This document shows, piece after piece, positions 40,719 to 44,848 of a DNA stretch of 44,848 nucleotides. Position 1 is the first letter of the stretch, and each line of letters starts with the position of its first letter. Made by a program: the position numbers and the translations under genes. The notes beneath the pieces are model-generated. The model saw only the letters and a list, made by a program, of their open reading frames with translations, was not told where the DNA came from and ran no database searches. Source of the DNA: a virus; IMG/VR virus record IMGVR_UViG_3300045988_092936. One strand, written 5' to 3'.

Positions 40719-43700
40719 CGTCTTATTATTCTGCGTCTCACATTTTTGTATTCTCGTATCTCATTGCCGCGCGCGTCGGTGTAGATTTTCCTTTCTCCGC
40801 TTTTGCGGATAGCACTAACATCGTCGGACAATTTACGCAAGTCAGGTTTTTCGCTCACATTTACCATAAGCGGCAGATTATCACCGCCATAGGCGTTAAG
40901 ATATTTGTGCGCGAATGTACCGTTATTCAGGCTGTTAATCACGTCGGGAATATATTTCCTAAATCGTCGCGAATTGCGCTTGTTTATAACCGCGAAAAAC
41001 TCGCCGCCCTCTGCGCGCCTTTTTGTTCCGTCCTTTTTCGTCCCTAAATCAATATCATTGCCCGACGCGTGTGAGCCGCCCTCTAAGAGTTCTACTGTAC
41101 CCTCTCCGTATTCCTCCGTATTTGTCGTATTTTTTGCAAGTTGCGCGGCCTTTATTTTCGACGCTGCAAAGCTCGCCCACATCGTTGCTATAGCTGGGAT
41201 AGCAAGCGGGAAACCTAATTGAGACCAGATTAATGCGCTGGCTGTAACCAAGTTCCCTATTTGTTGTAAAGACTGTATCGCGGCTTGTTGCTTCTGTGCT
41301 TTTTGCTGCTCTTTGATTGCTTTTTGCTGATTTTTCTTTGACGCTTCTAACTCTTTTTGCGCTTGTGCTACGTTTGAGGCATAACCGTTTGCGCGCGCCT
41401 GTAGTTCTGCGTCTAACGCATTTTGGGCTGCGTCTACCTCTTTGTCTGCAGCTTCAACAGCCGCCTGCGCGGTTTCTATCCTTGCCGCCGCAATGTCTTG
41501 CAACGTGCCGATTATCAAGCCTCCCGCCATTGCGGCCGCGTAGGCTTGTTCTTCTGTAAGTCCTAATTTACTAAAGACTGTTTCGTCACCGATTTTCGTA
41601 TTAAGGATATTGTTTAAATGCGAAATTGCCTCGCTCGTATTTTGCGAAAAGTCGCTTATTACGTTTGCAACAGTGCTTACCGCATTCTGTATGCTTGCAG
41701 TCCTTTTCTTTATGTTCGCTTCGTCTTTAGCTGCTTGCGCGTCGTTGTAGTTTGCTAAAATCCCGCCTGCTTCGTTATCGTACGCCGCTGTTATGTCACT
41801 TTCTGACTGTCTTTCGCCTGCGGGCTTTTGCGCGTTCTGTGCTTTTGCAATTTCTAACGCTACACGGTTGCGGGCGGTAAGTAAATTAAGCTCTTCTAAA
41901 GAGCCTTTTTTTACTGCCTTTAGCTTTAAATCGATAGTTTCCTGCTGTGCTTGCAACTCTTTTATTTGTCTGTCTTTTTCGAGTTTCAAAAGTGCGTCTG
42001 TTTGTTGCTGTTCAAGCAACAATATTTGCGCGTTTATTGCTTCGCGCTCCGTTTGCGTCAAGTCTTTTTGAGTTTCAAGCGTATGTTTTAAGTCCTCTAC
42101 TTGTCTGCTGTATTGATACTTTATTTTTTGCTGCTGTTTAGCAAAGCCCTCTTCCTGCATTGCTAATTGAGCGTCCTGCAATTTCCTTATCGCTGTGATA
42201 TTCTTTTTATATGCTTCTTCTGCTGATTTTGTTTCTTCTTCTATCTGTTTTGCGACACCCCCGCCGCCCTGTGTATTTTTTGTATCCCCGCCGCCCTGTG
42301 TATTTCCACCCTCGGACGTTTGTGCGCCACCCTGCTTATTGCTCAACATTACAGGTATTGTAATAGGCTTGATTTTCTTTTGTATGTTTTCAGACATTTC
42401 GCCGAAATTGTCCGAAATATCCTTTGCTGTTGTCGTAATCAAGTTGCCCCAGGCTTTCGCATAGTCTGCCACACCTTTTTTAACATCGTCAAAATCAAGT
42501 GTTAATGCGCCTTTTATTACTGTGCCTGTAGCTTTTATTATGTCAATCAAAAATCCAAAAGCATTGCCAATTAGGTCCAATCCGCTTTTGAATGTCGCTA
42601 TTACGCTATTTACGACTACGCGCACGGACAAAGATTCGTTGTATAGTTCTATAACGTAATTAACAAGACTTATAATGCCTTTTATAAGCCCTGTAAGGCT
42701 TTCATTTATAAAGACCTTTACACGTGTCTGTAACGTTTCAAAATTGCCGCCTGTGGCGTCAAAAAGGCCGCTTAACGCGTTTTGTAATTCAAGCTGACTG
42801 TTTAGCTGCTCTTCCTGCAATTTCCCAAGCTCGCCGGAATCCTTTTTTACATTATCTAATTCCGTATCAATATCTTTAAGCGTTTTCAGATATTGCAAAC
42901 CCGCGTCCTCGCCTGGGCCTCCGAATATGTCCGCTATAGCTGTCCCAACAGCGGCGGAACTTGCAGGCAGCTCATTTAAACGCTGTGATACTTCTTGCAT
43001 TACGTCAAACGTCGTTTTTGCTCCGCTTTGCAAATCTTTTTGTACTTGCTCGCTTGATATGCCTATTCCGTTTAAAGCGTCCGCCGTCGCGGTTGTCATT
43101 TCGCGCAAACGCAAATTAGCTTCTTTTATCGCGTCTACGCCCTTGTCTGAAAATATACCGGCCTTGTTTGTCTGTGCGATTATTGCTACAAACTCATCTG
43201 CGTTTATGCCTGCTTCTTTAAAATAAGCGGGGTACTCTTTCAGAGTATCAAGAAATTGCCCGTTTGCGTCGCCTCCTGCGATAAAACCGTCCTTTACGAT
43301 TTTTATTGCTTCGCTTGCGTCTATCCCAAATTGCTGCGAGAGGGCATTAGTAGCTATTAAAGTCTCTTTAAAGTCTGCATTAAAAGTATCTGCAATTACT
43401 TGGACTTCGTTCCGAAACGCTTTTAAATCGTCGCCTTGCTTGCCTGTAAATTGCTGTGTTAATCGTGTAGCTTCTTGCAACCCGGCGTTATAATCGTACC
43501 ACCATTTAAATGCCACACCCGCGCCCGCCACTCCTGCAAGTGACAAAAAAACAGGGTTTGCCGCGAGACCTTTTATAGTTGCAAAGAGGGATTTAAAGCC
43601 GTTCCCGATTGCTGCAATTGCATTTTCTGCCGCTTCGCCGCCCCGGCCTAAGGCCAAAATACTTTCCCCAAATTGATTATTTAGCCCTAACGTTTCTTTT

Positions 43701-44284
43701 AACTTGTCCCCATACGCGGCGATTGCGTCGCTGGCTTCTGTATAATTTCCGACATTCAATTGATATTTCCCGGTTGCCTCCTGCAAACGCTTCATTTCTT
43801 CGTATATTTCCCGTGTCTGCTCAACCAACTTGCGCCCCTCCGCGGTATTTTCTCGCTCGGCTTTAGTCATGTTGTTCAGATAGATTTTATTTAACGAATA
43901 TTGCGCCGACAACTTGTTATAACTGCCCTCTGCTGACTGATTGATTTTTACAATCAATTTGTTTATTTGATTAGCTTCCTGCTGTGCCAATTTCAACTCC
44001 GCCAACTTCTTTGCGTTCTCGCTTTCCGCAAACGCCAAATCACGTTGCGCACGTGCCAAACGTTCCGCATCGCCTGCAGCTTTCTTTGTTGTGTTCCTGC
44101 CGTCCTCGGTTGCCCCGGAAACCTTTTGCAGAACCGCCGCCAACTGAATTGCTTCCGCCCTAATATTTTTCAACGCATTTGTATACGCGTCTGAAAGTTC
44201 ATCCAATTGCTTTATCAAATCAGTAATCGAATTATCAGGGCTTACCAAATCAGAATATTTAATTGGGTTGTTGTTATCTGCCAT
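40715..44284 (-). CDS. Tail tape measure protein (1189 aa)
   Basis: ATG at 44284; the tracked 44317 start is a TTG. It is very long, Ala/Gln/Lys-rich and coiled-coil, with a hydrophobic Gly/Ala segment (PVFLSLAGVAGAGVAFKWW) and a position typical of a TMP. Confidence 0.85.
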   Translation of the reverse strand: MADNNNPIKYSDLVSPDNSITDLIKQLDELSDAYTNALKNIRAEAIQLAAVLQKVSGATEDGRNTTKKAAGDAERLARAQRDLAFAESENAKKLAELKLAQQEANQINKLIVKINQSAEGSYNKLSAQYSLNKIYLNNMTKAERENTAEGRKLVEQTREIYEEMKRLQEATGKYQLNVGNYTEASDAIAAYGDKLKETLGLNNQFGESILALGRGGEAAENAIAAIGNGFKSLFATIKGLAANPVFLSLAGVAGAGVAFKWWYDYNAGLQEATRLTQQFTGKQGDDLKAFRNEVQVIADTFNADFKETLIATNALSQQFGIDASEAIKIVKDGFIAGGDANGQFLDTLKEYPAYFKEAGINADEFVAIIAQTNKAGIFSDKGVDAIKEANLRLREMTTATADALNGIGISSEQVQKDLQSGAKTTFDVMQEVSQRLNELPASSAAVGTAIADIFGGPGEDAGLQYLKTLKDIDTELDNVKKDSGELGKLQEEQLNSQLELQNALSGLFDATGGNFETLQTRVKVFINESLTGLIKGIISLVNYVIELYNESLSVRVVVNSVIATFKSGLDLIGNAFGFLIDIIKATGTVIKGALTLDFDDVKKGVADYAKAWGNLITTTAKDISDNFGEMSENIQKKIKPITIPVMLSNKQGGAQTSEGGNTQGGGDTKNTQGGGGVAKQIEEETKSAEEAYKKNITAIRKLQDAQLAMQEEGFAKQQQKIKYQYSRQVEDLKHTLETQKDLTQTEREAINAQILLLEQQQTDALLKLEKDRQIKELQAQQETIDLKLKAVKKGSLEELNLLTARNRVALEIAKAQNAQKPAGERQSESDITAAYDNEAGGILANYNDAQAAKDEANIKKRTASIQNAVSTVANVISDFSQNTSEAISHLNNILNTKIGDETVFSKLGLTEEQAYAAAMAGGLIIGTLQDIAAARIETAQAAVEAADKEVDAAQNALDAELQARANGYASNVAQAQKELEASKKNQQKAIKEQQKAQKQQAAIQSLQQIGNLVTASALIWSQLGFPLAIPAIATMWASFAASKIKAAQLAKNTTNTEEYGEGTVELLEGGSHASGNDIDLGTKKDGTKRRAEGGEFFAVINKRNSRRFRKYIPDVINSLNNGTFAHKYLNAYGGDNLPLMVNVSEKPDLRKLSDDVSAIRKSGERKIYTDARGNEIREYKNVRRRIIRR

Positions 44285-44376
44285 AATCCAACTATTTGTT
44301 TTGTTATTTTCGGGCAATTTGCCCTACAATCAATTTTCTTTTCTCAAATGTATAATTTATCGTCTGAAAAAACGCC

Positions 44377-44848
44377 TTAAATCGTCTTATTTTTGCTTTT
44401 TCTGCTTGCTTTTTTCGCTTGCTCTTTAATGTATTCAAATGCGTTGTAATATTCCAAAACGGTAAACGATTTTGGGTTTACGTGCAAATGTTGGGACAAC
44501 ATCAAACACATATTTTCAAACTGCTTGTCGTGTTGTATTTCCACGCTATCCGACCCGCTAAACGATTGGGGTTTTGTATAAGTCAACAACAACGTCGTAA
44601 TATGGTCTATTTCTTCCCGTTTGTCGCTTTCATCCCCCTGTATTATCGCATCCAATATTAACATCGTGCGTTGCTTCAATTGGTCGTAATACTCTTTAAC
44701 CGTGGCGTCGTCGAATAGTTTAGGAAAATACAATTGCAATTCTTCATCTATTTTTTTTTTGACCGCTTCCAATTGGGCGGTCAACTCGGCGTTCGGCGCA
44801 TCGGCGAATAAATCCAATACCTTTTTCAAACCGTCCGCTGTCATATCG
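44377..44848 (-). CDS. C-terminal part of the wrapped 258-aa chaperone-like gene (continues at 100..404)
   Basis: The tracked start M at 44844 is an internal Met. The reading frame stays open across the circular junction into 404..100. Confidence 0.75.
   Translation of the reverse strand, partial: DMTADGLKKVLDLFADAPNAELTAQLEAVKKKIDEELQLYFPKLFDDATVKEYYDQLKQRTMLILDAIIQGDESDKREEIDHITTLLLTYTKPQSFSGSDSVEIQHDKQFENMCLMLSQHLHVNPKSFTVLEYYNAFEYIKEQAKKASRKSKNKTI
44750..44848. repeat. Terminal direct repeat, copy 2 (identical to 1-99)
   Basis: See copy 1. Confidence 0.95.

Noticed and set aside
44285-44420. Programmed -1 frameshift (gpG/gpGT-type) at the end of the chaperone-like gene
   Set aside because: The -1 frame closes after about 8 codons (AAA TAA). 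The +1 frame is open for about 58 codons and fills the 92-nt gap before the TMP start. However, the only A6 run (GCG AAA AAA GCA) is not in the X XXY YYZ phase, and the extension would be very short. The evidence is insufficient.
1-44848. tRNA/tmRNA genes, integrase or att sites, lysogeny module, stop-codon recoding
   Set aside because: I found no tRNA-like T-arm (GGTTCGAATCC-type) signature in any gap. No tyrosine or serine recombinase motifs are present. The only regulator is a small XRE HTH. Standard-code ORFs tile the genome densely, so there is no sign of TAG or TGA reassignment.

Overview
This window is one complete tailed-phage genome. Bases 1-99 are identical to 44750-44848, so the contig closes on itself with a unit length of 44749 bp. 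The junction falls inside a gene, so it is an assembly breakpoint and not a physical end. Every credible gene is on the minus strand. The long plus-strand ORFs in the track read as antisense shadows. Descending coordinates give this transcription order: (1) An early region starts at a canonical Bacteroidota promoter near 32303-32333 and includes small proteins and an XRE-type HTH. (2) A recombination and replication block follows: PD-(D/E)XK exonuclease, a lambda-O-like initiator with iterons inside its own gene, RuvC-like resolvase, Rad50/SMC-like ATPase, DnaQ-like exonuclease and SSB. (3) An accessory stretch carries two HNH homing endonucleases, two orphan DNA methyltransferases (C5 and N6/N4) and a Cys-rich protein. 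It also carries a radical-SAM / ASCH / MazG-fusion cluster. (4) The packaging and head module contains terS, terL, portal, scaffold and major capsid. (5) The neck and tail module contains a wrapped chaperone-like gene, a 1189-aa tape measure, distal tail proteins and a 1149-aa fibre with a C-terminal SGNH esterase. (6) The lysis cassette (holin-like, Amidase_3 endolysin, spanin-like) ends at a strong terminator at 32457-32492. I saw no integrase, tRNA, CRISPR array or reverse transcriptase. Many gene junctions are ATGA or TAATG overlaps. Starts are preceded by A-rich leaders rather than GGAGG, and TTTG-N19-TAnnTTTG promoters occur, which together point to a Bacteroidota host. The signals most worth follow-up are listed here:
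- a family of at least 9 GC-rich intercistronic stem-loops with a shared AACCG flank
- a C6-homopolymer frameshift that splits the DnaQ-like exonuclease
- an iteron plus AT-rich origin inside the initiator gene
- a repeat-dense late/early switch region
- a 15-bp tandem repeat encoding an (EKAAA)n helix in the head module
- the radical-SAM/ASCH/MazG cluster
All functional calls rest on motifs read by eye and on synteny. No database search was possible.
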